Assembly (NCBI RefSeq): GCF_057098645.1
Contig: NZ_CM169472.1
DNA length: 64,000 nt
Reading direction: 5' to 3' (one strand)
The position numbers and the translations under genes were made by a program. How positions within the stretch are numbered: the stretch's first letter is position 1; each line of letters opens with the position of its first letter. A model generated the notes under the pieces. It was given only the letters and a program-made list of their open reading frames with translations, was not told the DNA's origin and made no database searches. This document shows, piece after piece, positions 53,135 to 64,000 of the stretch.

Positions 53135-53160
53135 TGGCGCACATTGTGCGCCATTTTTTT
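53135..53160 (+). terminator. lpp rho-independent terminator
   Basis: ggcgcacattgtgcgcc followed by ATTTTTTT. Confidence 0.75.
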
Positions 53161-53175
53161 GTCTGCTATTTACCA

Positions 53176-54180
53176 TTACTGCGTCGCGCGTAACATATTC
53201 CCTTGCTCTGGTTCACCATTCTGCGCTGACTCTACTGAAGGCGCATTGCTGGCTGTGGGAGTTGCTCCACTGCTCACCGCAACCGGATACCCTGCCCGAC
53301 GATACAACGCTTTATCGACTAACTTCTGATCTACAGCCTTATTGTCTTTAAATTGCGTAAAGCCTGCTGGCAGTGTGTATGGCATTGTCTGAACGTTCTG
53401 CTGTTCTTCTGCCGATAGTGGTCGATGTACTTCAACATAACGCATCCCGTTAGGCTCCACGGAATATTTCACCGGTTCGTTGATCACTTTCACCGGCGTT
53501 CCCGTCCGCACGCTGGAGAACAAGGCTTTAATATCCGGTGCATTCATGCGAATACACCCTGAACTGACGCGCAAACCGACGCTGTCCGGCGCACTGGTGC
53601 CATGAATGAGGTATTCGCCATTACCATGCGCGAGGCGCAGTGCGTAACGTCCTAGCGGGTTATTTGGTCCGGCAGGAACGACTGGCGGTAATTTAATGCC
53701 ACGCTCCAGCGAACGTTGACGAATGCCTGCCGTAGGCGTCCAGGTTGGGTTAGGGATTTTCTGCCCCACACGCGTTTCCATCACCGGCGTTTCCAGCCCC
53801 TGCAAGCCAATACCTATCGGATAAACCTGCACGATATTTTCTCCCGGCGGATAATAATAAAGGCGCAGCTCTGCAAGGTTAACGATAATCCCCTGACGCG
53901 GCGCATCAGGTAATAACAGTTGCGAAGGAATAGTTATCGTCGTACCGGGTTTTGGCACCGGGGCGATAGTGTTATTGGCTTCAAGGATCAACATTGCCGC
54001 AGTATCAAAACGTCGGGCGATGGCCTGAAGGTTTTTATCCCCTTCCTGCACCGTATACGTTTGATTTTGCCCAACCAGTCGGCTTCCGGTTGGTGGTAGC
54101 GGATAATCAACCGCCCAGGCAGCCTGGATGGCGCTAAAAGCGCCGATAAGCGTGAGTGTAAGCAAAGACGCACGTTTCAT
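53176..54180 (-). CDS. ldtE: L,D-transpeptidase LdtE (YnhG), LysM + YkuD domains
   Basis: 334 aa with signal peptide; catalytic motif [20 protein letters not shown]. Confidence 0.9.
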   Translation of the reverse strand: MKRASLLTLTLIGAFSAIQAAWAVDYPLPPTGSRLVGQNQTYTVQEGDKNLQAIARRFDTAAMLILEANNTIAPVPKPGTTITIPSQLLLPDAPRQGIIVNLAELRLYYYPPGENIVQVYPIGIGLQGLETPVMETRVGQKIPNPTWTPTAGIRQRSLERGIKLPPVVPAGPNNPLGRYALRLAHGNGEYLIHGTSAPDSVGLRVSSGCIRMNAPDIKALFSSVRTGTPVKVINEPVKYSVEPNGMRYVEVHRPLSAEEQQNVQTMPYTLPAGFTQFKDNKAVDQKLVDKALYRRAGYPVAVSSGATPTASNAPSVESAQNGEPEQGNMLRATQ

Positions 54181-54328
54181 TGTAAACCTCCTGTATTTGC
54201 CGGAGACTCACGCTGAAACGTCGGATGGCGCTTATGTTCACCTGAAACCGAAACACTCCTGTGCAGGTCAGTGTAAACATTGACCATCCGGCAATGTGAG
54301 CCAACCGGATGAAAGCTGTCCCTTTAGT

Positions 54329-54745
54329 TTAGCTAAGTGCAGCGGCTTTGGCGCGAATTGCGCGAATCATCGCTTCCAGACCTTGTGAACGAGATGGGGT
54401 GAGATGTTGGGTGAGCGCCATTTTTTCAAACCACGGACGCACATCGAAATTGACAATATCCTGCGGCGTCATCTGATCGTAGAGAATAAATACGACCGCA
54501 ATAAGCCCTTTTACAATCGCCGCATCGCTGTCGCCTTGCAATTCAATAATTCCCTGCGCATTCTGGCGCATGACAATCCACACCTGACTCTGGCAACCCT
54601 GAATGCTATTTTGTGGGCTTCTGTCTTCGTCGCGTAATTCTGGCAGACGCTGGCCCAGCTCAATAATGTAGAGATATTTCTCTTCCCAGTTGGCGCAGCG
54701 TAAAAAATTACGCAGCAATTTTTCTTTATCCGGCAATAAAGCCAT
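54329..54745 (-). CDS. sufE: Cysteine desulfuration protein SufE
   Basis: 138 aa; last gene of sufABCDSE. Confidence 0.92.
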
Positions 54746-54757
54746 AGTGCCTCCCTG

Positions 54758-55978
54758 TTATCCCAGCAGACGGTGAATACGTTGCAGGCCGGTCACCAGA
54801 CGATCCACTTCTTCATGGGTGTTATACATGGCCAGCGACGCCCGACACATCGCAGGGACGTTGTAATAGGCCATTAATGGCATAGCGCAGTGATGTCCGG
54901 TACGCACAGCAATGCCGTAATTATCGAGAAAACTGCCAACATCATAGGCGTGGTGTTTACCGAGATTAAAAGCAATAACGCCAAGCCTGTTCTGCGGACC
55001 ATAGAGAGTGAGATCCGGTACAGATTCCAACTGTGATAGCGCGTAATGCATCAGATTCTGTTCATACTCGGCTATGTTATTAAGCCCCAGCGCCGAAACA
55101 TACTCCAGCGCCGCGCCAAGACCAATGATGCCCCCGGTATTGGGTGTACCGGCTTCAAACCGCCATGGTGCTTTGGTCCAGGTAGTGCCTTCACTCAGGC
55201 TGACGGTGGCCATCATAGAACCGCCCCCTTCCCACGGCGGCATCTCCTGCAACAAGGCTTCTTTCACATAAAGAATGCCAATTCCGGTGGGGCCATACAG
55301 TTTATGCCCGGAGAACACGTAAAAGTCGCAATCCAGCGCCCGAACATCCACCGGATGATGCATCACCGCCTGAGCGCCATCCACCAGCACTTTTGCGCCA
55401 TGCTGGTGCGCAAGCGTGATCATTTCCGCCAGCGGATTTTCTGTTCCCATCACGTTGGAGACATGAGTAATTGCCAGCAGGCGAGTTTTCTCATCGAACA
55501 GATTAGGCAGCGTCTCCAGTTGCAACGTACCGTCGGGGTTGAGCGGGATCACACGCAGCTCTGCGCCAACGCGTGCGCAAAGCATCTGCCAGGGAACAAT
55601 GTTAGCGTGGTGCTCCATCTGACTTATGATGATGTTATCGCCCGCCCGCACGTTGCTGTTGCCCCAGCTATTGGCGACCAGATTGATCCCTTCCGTCGTG
55701 CCGCGGACGAACACCAGCTCTTCCGCCGAACGGGCATTAATAAACAGCGATGCCCGCTTGCGCACGTTCTCCATTTTCTCGGTCGCCTGGGCGCTTAAGG
55801 TATGAATACCACGATGCACCGCCGCGTAGCCATGACGATAAAACTCGGCCTCGGCGTCAATCACCTGGCTCGGTTTCTGCGCACTGGCGGCGCTGTCGAG
55901 ATAAGCCAGCGGCAAACCGTTTACCTCACGCGAAAGCACCGGAAAGTCGGCCCGCACTTTGTCGACGGAAAAAGTCAT
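54758..55978 (-). CDS. sufS: Cysteine desulfurase SufS (PLP-dependent)
   Basis: 406 aa, class V aminotransferase-like; active-site Cys near C-terminus (RTGHHCA). Confidence 0.93.
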   Translation of the reverse strand: MTFSVDKVRADFPVLSREVNGLPLAYLDSAASAQKPSQVIDAEAEFYRHGYAAVHRGIHTLSAQATEKMENVRKRASLFINARSAEELVFVRGTTEGINLVANSWGNSNVRAGDNIIISQMEHHANIVPWQMLCARVGAELRVIPLNPDGTLQLETLPNLFDEKTRLLAITHVSNVMGTENPLAEMITLAHQHGAKVLVDGAQAVMHHPVDVRALDCDFYVFSGHKLYGPTGIGILYVKEALLQEMPPWEGGGSMMATVSLSEGTTWTKAPWRFEAGTPNTGGIIGLGAALEYVSALGLNNIAEYEQNLMHYALSQLESVPDLTLYGPQNRLGVIAFNLGKHHAYDVGSFLDNYGIAVRTGHHCAMPLMAYYNVPAMCRASLAMYNTHEEVDRLVTGLQRIHRLLG

Positions 55979-57246
55979 CTTGCACCTCCTGGCAGCCGTT
56001 GACCGATTCGGGCCAGCACCTGCTGTTTAAGCCCCTCATCACGCAGTGCTTCCGTCAGTTCGGCAGCAAAGGCGTAAATGATCATCTGCTGGGCATCCTG
56101 CTGATTGATCCCGCGCGAGCGCAGATAGAACATCTGTTCATCATCAATACGCCCCACCGTCGCGCCGTGGCTGCATTTCACATCATCTGCATAGATTTCC
56201 AGCTGCGGTTTCGTATCCACTTCCGCCAGTTTGCCCATCAGCAGATTATTGTTGGTCATCTGACCATCCGTTTTGATGGCGTGCTGCGCGACGTTGATCA
56301 AACCGTTAAATACCGCGCGGCCTTTGTCGCTGACGATAGTTTTGTGCAACTGTCGGCTGTTACAAAAACCTTTATTGTGTTCCAGCCAGGTACGGGTATC
56401 ACACACCTCGTTTTTCACCGGCATCGCCAGGCTATTGATCCGCAACATGCTGTTTTCGCCATTGAGTTGCGTACTGGTGTTGTGTCGTAACACTGCGCCA
56501 CCCAGCAGGAAACTGTGGCTAAATGCGGTGGCATCGTCAGCCAGCAACAAATCGTTATGGGCAAAGTGGTGACTGACCGGGTTTTCAAACGCCAGCTTGA
56601 TATGCTGCAAGTGGGCATTCGCTGCGACGTTGATAGTGAACCGTGCCCCGGTAAAATGACGAGCATCATTAAGGCTGACAAAATGTTCGATCACCGTTGC
56701 TTCGGCACCTTCCGCCAGATCCAGATGATGTCGGTAATGGGCAGTGTTCACCTCTTCACCTGCCACGCCCTGGGTGATATGCATTAACAGCAATGGCTTT
56801 GCCGGCCGTTGACCGCGCTTCACGGCGATATGCGTCACGCTTTGTGCCAGGCTTTCCGTCAAATGCAGAAACACTTCCGCCTGAATAGCATCGGGTAACC
56901 CCTGACGGTCGTCGTTAATGCTCACTTCATACCCGCTGCCTTCAGTCGCATCGCTCAGCGCAGGCACGTAACGTCCATCGACAAACACCAGCCGCACGGC
57001 GTCTAACGTTAACGCTAAGGCATCTCGCTGCTGTGGGGATATCTCTCCCGCAATGCTGACAAACTGACTATTGGTCAGCCCTTCCAGCGGCGTATATTTC
57101 CAGTTTTCATGTTTACGTGTCGGCAGTCCGGTACGCAGCAATTGTTGTAAATGCTGTTGTGCTTGCGGGGAACGTTTCACCCCTTCAGCTTCAAACAAAT
57201 GATGCCACTGTTGCAGTGCGTTACTGCTGTTCGGTAAGCCAGCCAT
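55975..57246 (-). CDS. sufD: Fe-S cluster assembly protein SufD
   Basis: 423 aa; overlaps sufS by 4 nt and sufC by 26 nt. Confidence 0.92.
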   Translation of the reverse strand: MAGLPNSSNALQQWHHLFEAEGVKRSPQAQQHLQQLLRTGLPTRKHENWKYTPLEGLTNSQFVSIAGEISPQQRDALALTLDAVRLVFVDGRYVPALSDATEGSGYEVSINDDRQGLPDAIQAEVFLHLTESLAQSVTHIAVKRGQRPAKPLLLMHITQGVAGEEVNTAHYRHHLDLAEGAEATVIEHFVSLNDARHFTGARFTINVAANAHLQHIKLAFENPVSHHFAHNDLLLADDATAFSHSFLLGGAVLRHNTSTQLNGENSMLRINSLAMPVKNEVCDTRTWLEHNKGFCNSRQLHKTIVSDKGRAVFNGLINVAQHAIKTDGQMTNNNLLMGKLAEVDTKPQLEIYADDVKCSHGATVGRIDDEQMFYLRSRGINQQDAQQMIIYAFAAELTEALRDEGLKQQVLARIGQRLPGGAR

Positions 57247-57967
57247 AACCCTGCTCCTCCAGTTGTTTGACCAACGTGAAATCGCCGGATTTCACAATTC
57301 GTCCCTGATATAGCACATGGACGTAATCAGGCTTGATGTAGTCGAGAATGCGTTGGTAGTGCGTAACAATGATGAATGAGCGCTTGCCGTCACGCAGCGA
57401 GTTCACGCCATCGGCAACCACTTTTAATGCGTCAATATCCAGCCCGGAGTCCGATTCATCAAGAATGCATAACCCCGGTTCCAGCACCGCCATTTGCAAA
57501 ATATCGTTGCGCTTTTTCTCGCCGCCGGAAAAACCAACGTTTACCGAACGGGTTAATAAATCTTCCGGCATCTTCAGGAGAGCGATTTTCTCTTCCATCA
57601 AATCCTGAAAATCAAAGCGGTCGAGCGTTTCCTGGCCGCGATAGCTGCGCACCGCATTAAGTGCCGTTTGCAGGAAAAACTGGTTACTGACACCTGGAAT
57701 CTCCACCGGATACTGGAAGGCCATAAAGATGCCTTCGCCTGCACGATCTTCCGGCGACAGCGCAAGCAAATCTTTGCCTTTGAACTCAACCGTGCCGCCC
57801 GTCACTTCATAATCTTCGCGCCCGGCAAGCGTTGCCGATAAGGTACTTTTGCCCGAACCGTTTGGCCCCATAATGGCGTGAACTTCGCCGGGACGAACGT
57901 CGAGGCTTAATCCGCGCAGAATAGCTTTATCTTCCACGCTGACGTGTAAACCTTTAATACTTAACAT
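57221..57967 (-). CDS. sufC: Fe-S cluster assembly ATPase SufC (ABC-type)
   Basis: 248 aa; Walker A GPNGSGKST and ABC signature. Confidence 0.94.
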   Translation of the reverse strand: MLSIKGLHVSVEDKAILRGLSLDVRPGEVHAIMGPNGSGKSTLSATLAGREDYEVTGGTVEFKGKDLLALSPEDRAGEGIFMAFQYPVEIPGVSNQFFLQTALNAVRSYRGQETLDRFDFQDLMEEKIALLKMPEDLLTRSVNVGFSGGEKKRNDILQMAVLEPGLCILDESDSGLDIDALKVVADGVNSLRDGKRSFIIVTHYQRILDYIKPDYVHVLYQGRIVKSGDFTLVKQLEEQGYGWLTEQQ

Positions 57968-57976
57968 GTTTATTCC

Positions 57977-59464
57977 TTATCCGACGCTGTGTTCAAGACT
58001 GATGGCGAGGAGTTTTTGTGCTTCAACGGCAAATTCCAGCGGCAGTTCCGAGAACACGTCTTTGCAGAAACCGTTAACAATCATCGAGATGGCGTCTTCT
58101 TCGCTGATCCCGCGCTGCAGGCAGTAAAACAGTTGATCTTCACCAATACGTGATGTTGTTGCCTCGTGCTCCAGTTGTGCGCTGTTATTGCGACATTCGA
58201 CATACGGGAAGGTATGCGCCCCACAATTAGCGCCAATCAGCATTGAGTCGCACTGAGTGAAATTGCGCGCATTGGTTGCCGTCGGCATGATTTTCACTAA
58301 GCCGCGATAACTGTTCTGACTATGTCCGGCAGAGATCCCTTTCGAGATAATGGTCGATTTGGTGTTTTTACCGATGTGGATCATCTTGGTGCCGGTATCC
58401 GCTTGCTGATGACCGCTGGTCAACGCCACTGAGTAAAACTCACCAATGGAGTTATCGCCGCGCAGAATGCAGCTGGGATATTTCCACGTAATCGCGGATC
58501 CGGTTTCTGATTGCGTCCATGACATTTTGCTGTTTTCGCCTTCGCACAGAGCACGCTTGGTGACGAAGTTGAGAATACCGCCGGTGTTGTTATCGCCAGG
58601 GAACCAGTTTTGTACCGTGGAATATTTCACCTCGGCGTTTTTATGGATGATGACTTCCACCACTGCCGCGTGTAACTGATAGCTGTCACGCACCGGAGCG
58701 GAACAGCCTTCAATGTAGCTGACGTAGCTGTCTTCGTCGGCCACCAGAATGGTGCGCTCAAACTGCCCGGTTTTTTCCGCGTTAATGCGAAAATAGGTGG
58801 AAAGTTCCATCGGGCAGCGCACGCCTTTAGGCACATAAATAAACGTACCGTCAGAGGCTACCGCCGCATTAAGCGCGGCAAAGAAGTTGTCATTCCCCGG
58901 CACCACGGTGCCGAGATATTTACGCACCAGTTCCGGGTGATCGTGGATCGCCTCACCAAAGGAACAGAAAATAATTCCCTGCTCCGCCAGTTTTTCGCGA
59001 TAAGTAGTGGCAACCGAAACTGAGTCGAAAATGGCATCCACCGCCACCTCTTTGCCTTCCCGCACGGGAACGCCCAACTGCTCAAACGCCGCCTCCACCT
59101 CTTTACTTAAAAAGGCGTTCGCGCCAGTTTGCTGCACCGCGCCAGGTTCAGACGCGCAAGTGTCGTCACAATTACCGCACGATGGTGCCGAGTAGTAGCT
59201 GTAATCCTGATAATTCAGCTTGTCGTAGTGCGCTTTCAACCAGTGCGGTTCTTCCATCTCCAGCCATGCGCGATAGGCGTTTAGACGAAACTCCAGCATC
59301 CACTCCGGCTCATTACGCTTCGCCGAAATTGCGCGCACCACCTCTTCGTTTATCCCCTTTGCCAGCTCATCGGTGGCTAACTGGGTGAAGAATCCTTCTT
59401 TATAATTCAGCGGGCCGCCGGTCCAGGTTTTGACATCGTCAGTTGCTTCAGTATTACGAGACAT
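57977..59464 (-). CDS. sufB: Fe-S cluster assembly scaffold SufB
   Basis: Start taken at [10 protein letters not shown] (ATG 59462-59464), giving 495 aa; the track ORF is extended 13 codons upstream. Confidence 0.93.
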   Translation of the reverse strand: MSRNTEATDDVKTWTGGPLNYKEGFFTQLATDELAKGINEEVVRAISAKRNEPEWMLEFRLNAYRAWLEMEEPHWLKAHYDKLNYQDYSYYSAPSCGNCDDTCASEPGAVQQTGANAFLSKEVEAAFEQLGVPVREGKEVAVDAIFDSVSVATTYREKLAEQGIIFCSFGEAIHDHPELVRKYLGTVVPGNDNFFAALNAAVASDGTFIYVPKGVRCPMELSTYFRINAEKTGQFERTILVADEDSYVSYIEGCSAPVRDSYQLHAAVVEVIIHKNAEVKYSTVQNWFPGDNNTGGILNFVTKRALCEGENSKMSWTQSETGSAITWKYPSCILRGDNSIGEFYSVALTSGHQQADTGTKMIHIGKNTKSTIISKGISAGHSQNSYRGLVKIMPTATNARNFTQCDSMLIGANCGAHTFPYVECRNNSAQLEHEATTSRIGEDQLFYCLQRGISEEDAISMIVNGFCKDVFSELPLEFAVEAQKLLAISLEHSVG

Positions 59465-59472
59465 AGTACCGC

Positions 59473-59841
59473 CTATACCCCAAAGCTTTCGCCACAGCCA
59501 CATTCATTCTGGGCTTTAGGGTTGTGAAATTTGAATATCTGATTAAGTCCTTCACGAACGAAATCGACTTCCGTGCCATCAATAAACGGCATCGCTTGCA
59601 GCGGGACAAACAGCTTCGCGCCGTCGTGTTCAAACAGCAGATCGTCTTTGTCCGGCTCGCTAACACTGTCGAGCACATAGCCAAAGCCCGCGCAGCCCGT
59701 TTGCTTCACACCTAAGCGCACGCCGACCATACCTGGCTGCTTTGCCACCAGCTCGCGGATGTGTATCGCCGCTGCGGGTGTCAGCGTTAAGCCTTGCCAG
59801 GCGAAATCCTGTGGGTTAAAGGTTCCTGAATGCATGTCCAT
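59473..59841 (-). CDS. sufA: Fe-S cluster A-type carrier SufA
   Basis: 122 aa, C-terminal CGCGESF motif. Confidence 0.93.
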   Translation of the reverse strand: MDMHSGTFNPQDFAWQGLTLTPAAAIHIRELVAKQPGMVGVRLGVKQTGCAGFGYVLDSVSEPDKDDLLFEHDGAKLFVPLQAMPFIDGTEVDFVREGLNQIFKFHNPKAQNECGCGESFGV

Positions 59842-59885
59842 CGATTTACCTCACTTCATCGCTTTCAGCGTATAACAGCATGTTA

Positions 59886-59900
59886 GTGATAATGATTATC
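59886..59900. promoter_or_regulatory. Fur box in the suf promoter region
   Basis: gtGATAATGATTATC, a near-perfect Fur consensus half-site array, about 45 bp upstream of the sufA start. Confidence 0.55.
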
Positions 59901-60130
59901 AGTTCAACCCAGCAAACGCAGGGGCTTTACCGTAAAACATGCTTTTTGCCTGCTTTTAATAAGCATAGACCCTGATGTGTGGGTTAACAGGCACGCTAAG
60001 AATTAGGTATCTCATTGTTAGATAATGGTTATTATCTAAGGAGCATTAAGGCTGTGATGAAAAAGAAAAGTTGTATTGAAAATGACTATTTAAGAGATAG
60101 GTAAAAAAGTGCAGCATTCAGAAATAAGAA

Positions 60131-60215
60131 AACCCTTAAGTCTGTGCGACACAGGCTTAAGGGTTTCTACCCCATCCGGCGCTTATCTCCGGCACTCTCA
60201 GTGGCTTAGCTCTTG
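60131..60215 (-). ncRNA. rydB: Candidate small RNA RydB (sufA-ydiH intergenic); boundaries approximate
   Basis: Minus-strand hairpin (60140..60176) followed by a U-rich tract; position matches where I recall rydB lying in K-12. Sequence identity not verified. Confidence 0.3.
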
Positions 60216-60388
60216 AAGGGGCGATAAGAATAATCTCATAAAGCTAACCCGCCGTTTTAACACAAACTGCGATTAGTATTATTTTTGAACAATATCAGGC
60301 GGGTAGATAAGCAGTATTAAGAAGGTCATCGAACCTGGACGGAGGTTAATCCAGGTCGATTTGGCGAACTTGCGGCATTAAGTCAGGA

Positions 60389-60577
60389 TCAATGCACGCC
60401 CAGACGCCAGGCAAAGTAGATTTCTTCTTTTAATTCAGCAGAAGAGAGAGTAAGCAGGTCAGCAAATTCAAGTTCTAGTTGTTTCAGACGTTTGAGATAT
60501 TGGGCAGGTGAAAGATTGCTCTGGTCACGGCGTAAAAATTCAATGGCCAGCTGGGTGGGATCAAGTTGAGTAGACAT
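60389..60577 (-). CDS. ydiH: Small protein YdiH (62 aa)
   Basis: Start taken at MSTQLDPTQLAIEFL (ATG 60575-60577); the track ORF is extended 27 codons. Confidence 0.8.
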   Translation of the reverse strand: MSTQLDPTQLAIEFLRRDQSNLSPAQYLKRLKQLELEFADLLTLSSAELKEEIYFAWRLGVH

Positions 60578-60676
60578 AGCATCCTCGCTTTTAGACAAGA
60601 CCTGCACAGTATACCACCGTTTACTGTGCAGATAATGACCAAAAGCAATATGCGTCACACTTTTCTGGTGACAACG

Positions 60677-61087
60677 TCACAAAATGGCGGTCGTCAATCG
60701 TGACGAACAGCACAAACGCCCTTTCTCATCGAAGATTTCAATCTGCCAGACCTGGTGACGCGAACCGAGATGCAACGGTTTGCATACGCCGCGTACCCGC
60801 CCTTCTCGTGCCGAGCGGACGTGGTTAGCATTGATTTCCAGACCAACCACTTTTTGCTCACCTTCGGTACATAAATAACCGGCAACGGAACCGATACTTT
60901 CGGCCAGTACCACGGATGCACCTCCATGTAGCAACCCGAAAGGCTGCTTTGTCCGCGAGTCTACTGGCATTGTCGCTTCAAGGGTGTCATCACCAATATG
61001 TTCAAAGCGAATATCCAGTAACCCCACCATGTTTCCTTCACCCATGGCATTCAGTGCTTCCAGGGTGATTTTTCGTTTCCATATCAT
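60677..61087 (-). CDS. menI: 1,4-dihydroxy-2-naphthoyl-CoA hydrolase MenI (YdiI), hotdog-fold thioesterase
   Basis: 136-aa PaaI-type thioesterase; overlaps ydiJ by 4 nt. Confidence 0.88.
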   Translation of the reverse strand: MIWKRKITLEALNAMGEGNMVGLLDIRFEHIGDDTLEATMPVDSRTKQPFGLLHGGASVVLAESIGSVAGYLCTEGEQKVVGLEINANHVRSAREGRVRGVCKPLHLGSRHQVWQIEIFDEKGRLCCSSRLTTAIL

Positions 61088-64000
61088 TTAATAATCTCCA
61101 GTAAAGCCTGCACAGGATGGCGTACCCCCGTGCCTTCAACCCGTTTGACCTGACTACGGCAGGAATATCCGGTCGCCAGACAGCGGTTACGCGGCAGTCG
61201 CTGCATAGCCTGATGCCAGGATAACTCATAGATCCCGAGCGAATTTTTATGGTTTTTCGCTTCATGTCCGTAAGTCCCTGCCATGCCGCAGCAACCCACG
61301 CTGACATTTTCCAGTTTCGCGCCAAAACGGGCAAATATCGCGGCCCATTGTGCTGGCGCCCCCGGCAAGGAGGTAACTTCGGTACAGTGACCAAAGAAAT
61401 ACCATGATTCACCGCTGACTGTAGCCACTGGCTGTGACTCAAGTGCGCTTGCCAGCCATTCATTCGCCAGTAAGACGTTAAACTCGCCACGTTCCTCGCC
61501 CAGTGCCAGTTTATATTCATCGCGATAACAAAGTACCAGCGCCGGATCGACGCCTACCATTGGCATACCCAGCTTCGCCATACGGTTGAGGAAATCCGCC
61601 GTCTTTTTCGCCGTCTTCGCAAAACGATTAAGAAAACCTTTAATATGCTGGGCTTTGCCATTTGGCGAAAATGGCAGTAACACAGGCTGGAAACCTAATT
61701 TTTCGACCAGACGGACAAAATCCGCCACCACTTGCGCATCGTAATAGCTGGTAAAGGGGTCCTGCACCACCAACACCGTGCGCGCTTTCTGCTCTGCATT
61801 GAGAGCTTCAAGCTGTTCCAGCGTCATGTTTGCCGAGCGATGCCCCACCATTTGTTGTTGTAGCGAGGGGACCGACAGCAGCGGCAAATCAACCATGCCG
61901 ATATGTTTTTCCGAGAGTTTGCGCATCAGCGGCTGGTTAATGAAGAAGTTAAAGATTTTCGGCGCGCGTGCCATCAGCGGTGCGTAGCTCTCGACCGTAG
62001 CGACGAGGTGGTCGCGCAGCGGACGTAAATAACGGGTGTGATAGAGCTGCAGGAAACGAGAGCGAAACTCCGGCACATCAATTTTGATGGGGCACTGGGT
62101 CGAACAAGCTTTACAGGCCAGACAGCCCGACATCGCCTCTTTGACTTCGTGTGAGAAGTCATATTCGCCTTTATTCGCATGCCAGCTATTGCGCGTGCGG
62201 GCAATTAACGTCCGCAAACTGACGCCGGATTCAGGCAGTTCTTGTTCCAGTTTGAGTGGATCAACGCCGCGATCCGCCAACAAACGCAGCCATTCACGCA
62301 CCAGCGTTGCGCGCCCTTTCGGTGAATGAATCCGGTTCTGGGTGATCTTCATCGACGGACACATCGGACTACGGGCATCAAAGTTGAAGCATAAACCGTT
62401 GCCGTTACACTCCATCGCACCGCGCCACTGCTGGCGTACCGCAATGGGGATCTGCCGATCGAATGTACCGCGCTTCACCGCGTCCACTTTCATCATCGGC
62501 GCATCGAGACCTTCTGGCGGGCAAATCTTCCCTGGGTTGAGTCGGTTATGCGGATCAAATGCCGCTTTCACTTTGCGCAGTTCTGCAAAAAGTTCCTCAC
62601 CGAAAAACGCCGGGCTGTATTCAGCGCGAAAACCTTTGCCGTGCTCGCCCCACAACAAACCACCGTATTTCGCAGTCAGCGCCACCACGTCATCAGAGAT
62701 TTGCTTCATCAAAATCTCTTGTTGAGGATCGCACATATCCAGCGCTGGACGGACGTGCAAGACACCTGCGTCGACGTGACCGAACATACCGTAGCTTAAG
62801 CCGTGGCTGTCGAGCAGCGCGCGAAATTCAGCAATATAATCCGCCAGGTGTTCCGGCGGTACGCAGGTATCCTCAGCAAACGGAATTGGCTTAGCGGCAC
62901 CTTTGGCATTGCCAAGCAGACCAACGGCTTTTTTGCGCATTGCATAGATACGTTCAACCCCCGCCAGCTCACAGCACACCTGCCAGCCGATGACACCTGC
63001 TTGATGACTGGCGATCAGCTCATCCAACCGCGCACAGAGTGCATTTACCCGCTCATCAATCAGCGCCTCATCATCACCAGCAAATTCCACAATGTTCAGC
63101 CCGAGCATCTCTTTGTCAGGCACATCGGTAATCAACTCGCTGACGGAATGCCAGACAATATCTTCCCGCGCCAGATTCAGCACTTTTGAGTCCACCGTCT
63201 CTACCGAAAGCGCCCGCGCCTCAACCATAAACGGCGCGTTACGCAGCGCAGAGTCAAAAGAGTCATATTTGACATTCACCAGACGGCGCACTTTAGGCAA
63301 GCGCGTAATATCCAGCCGCGCTTCGGTAATAAAGGCCAGCGTCCCTTCTGAACCCGTCAGAATGCGCGTCAGGTCGAACTCGGTCATCTCATCGTTAAAG
63401 ACATGACGCAGATCGTAACCGGTAAGAAAGCGGTTAAGTTTGGGGAAGTTGTCGATGATTAACTGGCGTTGCTGACGGCAACGTTGATAAACCGTGTTAT
63501 AAATTCGCCCGATTGTGGTATTGGATTTACCCAGCGTTTCCGCCAGCTCGACGGGTAAAGGTTGCGTATCGAGAATATCGCCCCCCAACAACACCGCGCG
63601 TACGCCAAGTACGTGATCTGACGTTTTGCCATAGACCAGCGATCCCTGACCGGATGCATCGGTATTGATCATCCCACCGAGCGTTGCCCGGTTGCTGGTC
63701 GAAAGTTCCGGCGCAAAAAAGTAGCCGAACGGTTTCAGGTACTGATTGAGTTGATCTTTTATCACCCCGGCCTCAACGCGCACCCAGCCCTCTTCAGGGT
63801 TAATTTCGATGATGCAGTTCATATGGCGGGACATATCAACAATAATCCCCTGGTTGAGCGCCTGACCGTTAGTGCCGGTGCCGCCGCCGCGGGGGGTAAA
63901 GATCAGCGATGAATAGCGTTCCTGCGCGGCAAGACGGGCGATCAGCGCCACATCTGCGGTTGAACGCGGAAATACCACCGCATCGGGGAGAAGTTGGTAA
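61084..64000 (-). CDS. ydiJ: FAD-linked oxidoreductase with Fe-S domain YdiJ (partial; 5' end lies beyond the window)
   Basis: At least 964 codons of open frame to the window edge; FAD-binding/oxidase and CxxCxxC cluster regions recognised. Confidence 0.85.
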   Translation of the reverse strand, partial: YQLLPDAVVFPRSTADVALIARLAAQERYSSLIFTPRGGGTGTNGQALNQGIIVDMSRHMNCIIEINPEEGWVRVEAGVIKDQLNQYLKPFGYFFAPELSTSNRATLGGMINTDASGQGSLVYGKTSDHVLGVRAVLLGGDILDTQPLPVELAETLGKSNTTIGRIYNTVYQRCRQQRQLIIDNFPKLNRFLTGYDLRHVFNDEMTEFDLTRILTGSEGTLAFITEARLDITRLPKVRRLVNVKYDSFDSALRNAPFMVEARALSVETVDSKVLNLAREDIVWHSVSELITDVPDKEMLGLNIVEFAGDDEALIDERVNALCARLDELIASHQAGVIGWQVCCELAGVERIYAMRKKAVGLLGNAKGAAKPIPFAEDTCVPPEHLADYIAEFRALLDSHGLSYGMFGHVDAGVLHVRPALDMCDPQQEILMKQISDDVVALTAKYGGLLWGEHGKGFRAEYSPAFFGEELFAELRKVKAAFDPHNRLNPGKICPPEGLDAPMMKVDAVKRGTFDRQIPIAVRQQWRGAMECNGNGLCFNFDARSPMCPSMKITQNRIHSPKGRATLVREWLRLLADRGVDPLKLEQELPESGVSLRTLIARTRNSWHANKGEYDFSHEVKEAMSGCLACKACSTQCPIKIDVPEFRSRFLQLYHTRYLRPLRDHLVATVESYAPLMARAPKIFNFFINQPLMRKLSEKHIGMVDLPLLSVPSLQQQMVGHRSANMTLEQLEALNAEQKARTVLVVQDPFTSYYDAQVVADFVRLVEKLGFQPVLLPFSPNGKAQHIKGFLNRFAKTAKKTADFLNRMAKLGMPMVGVDPALVLCYRDEYKLALGEERGEFNVLLANEWLASALESQPVATVSGESWYFFGHCTEVTSLPGAPAQWAAIFARFGAKLENVSVGCCGMAGTYGHEAKNHKNSLGIYELSWHQAMQRLPRNRCLATGYSCRSQVKRVEGTGVRHPVQALLEIIK

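Noticed and set aside
55046-56490. 250-aa and 246-aa plus-strand ORFs opposite sufS/sufD
   Set aside because: Antisense shadow ORFs within conserved suf genes.

Overview
This window reads as an Escherichia coli K-12-like chromosomal segment running from blr/cnu through the rsxABCDGE operon, nth, dtpA, the pdxY-tyrS-pdxH cluster, slyA/slyB, nemRA-gloA, rnt, lhr, sodB, purR, cfa, mdtK, valV-valW, the ydhR-ydhV block, pykF, lpp and the sufABCDSE operon, ending inside ydiJ. All gene identities come from recognising the translated ORFs and conserved order from memory; no database search was run. Almost everything is ordinary core genome, so I do not see an obviously new multi-gene system here. Two things depart from the K-12 reference arrangement as I recall it. 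First, a complete 768-bp IS1 element (49233..50000) sits where the 5' end of ydhV and all of ydhY should be, with no target-site duplication, so the uncharacterised ydhYVWXUT oxidoreductase locus looks inactivated by an IS1-associated deletion. Second, rsxC carries about 6.4 copies of a 96-bp in-frame tandem repeat, giving a 772-aa product. Lesser points are two sub-60-aa genes absent from the ORF track (blr, ynhF), a 9-residue periodic repeat inside YdhT, a tandem tRNA-Val pair, a Fur box and a candidate RydB sRNA upstream of sufA. No CRISPR array or prophage was seen.
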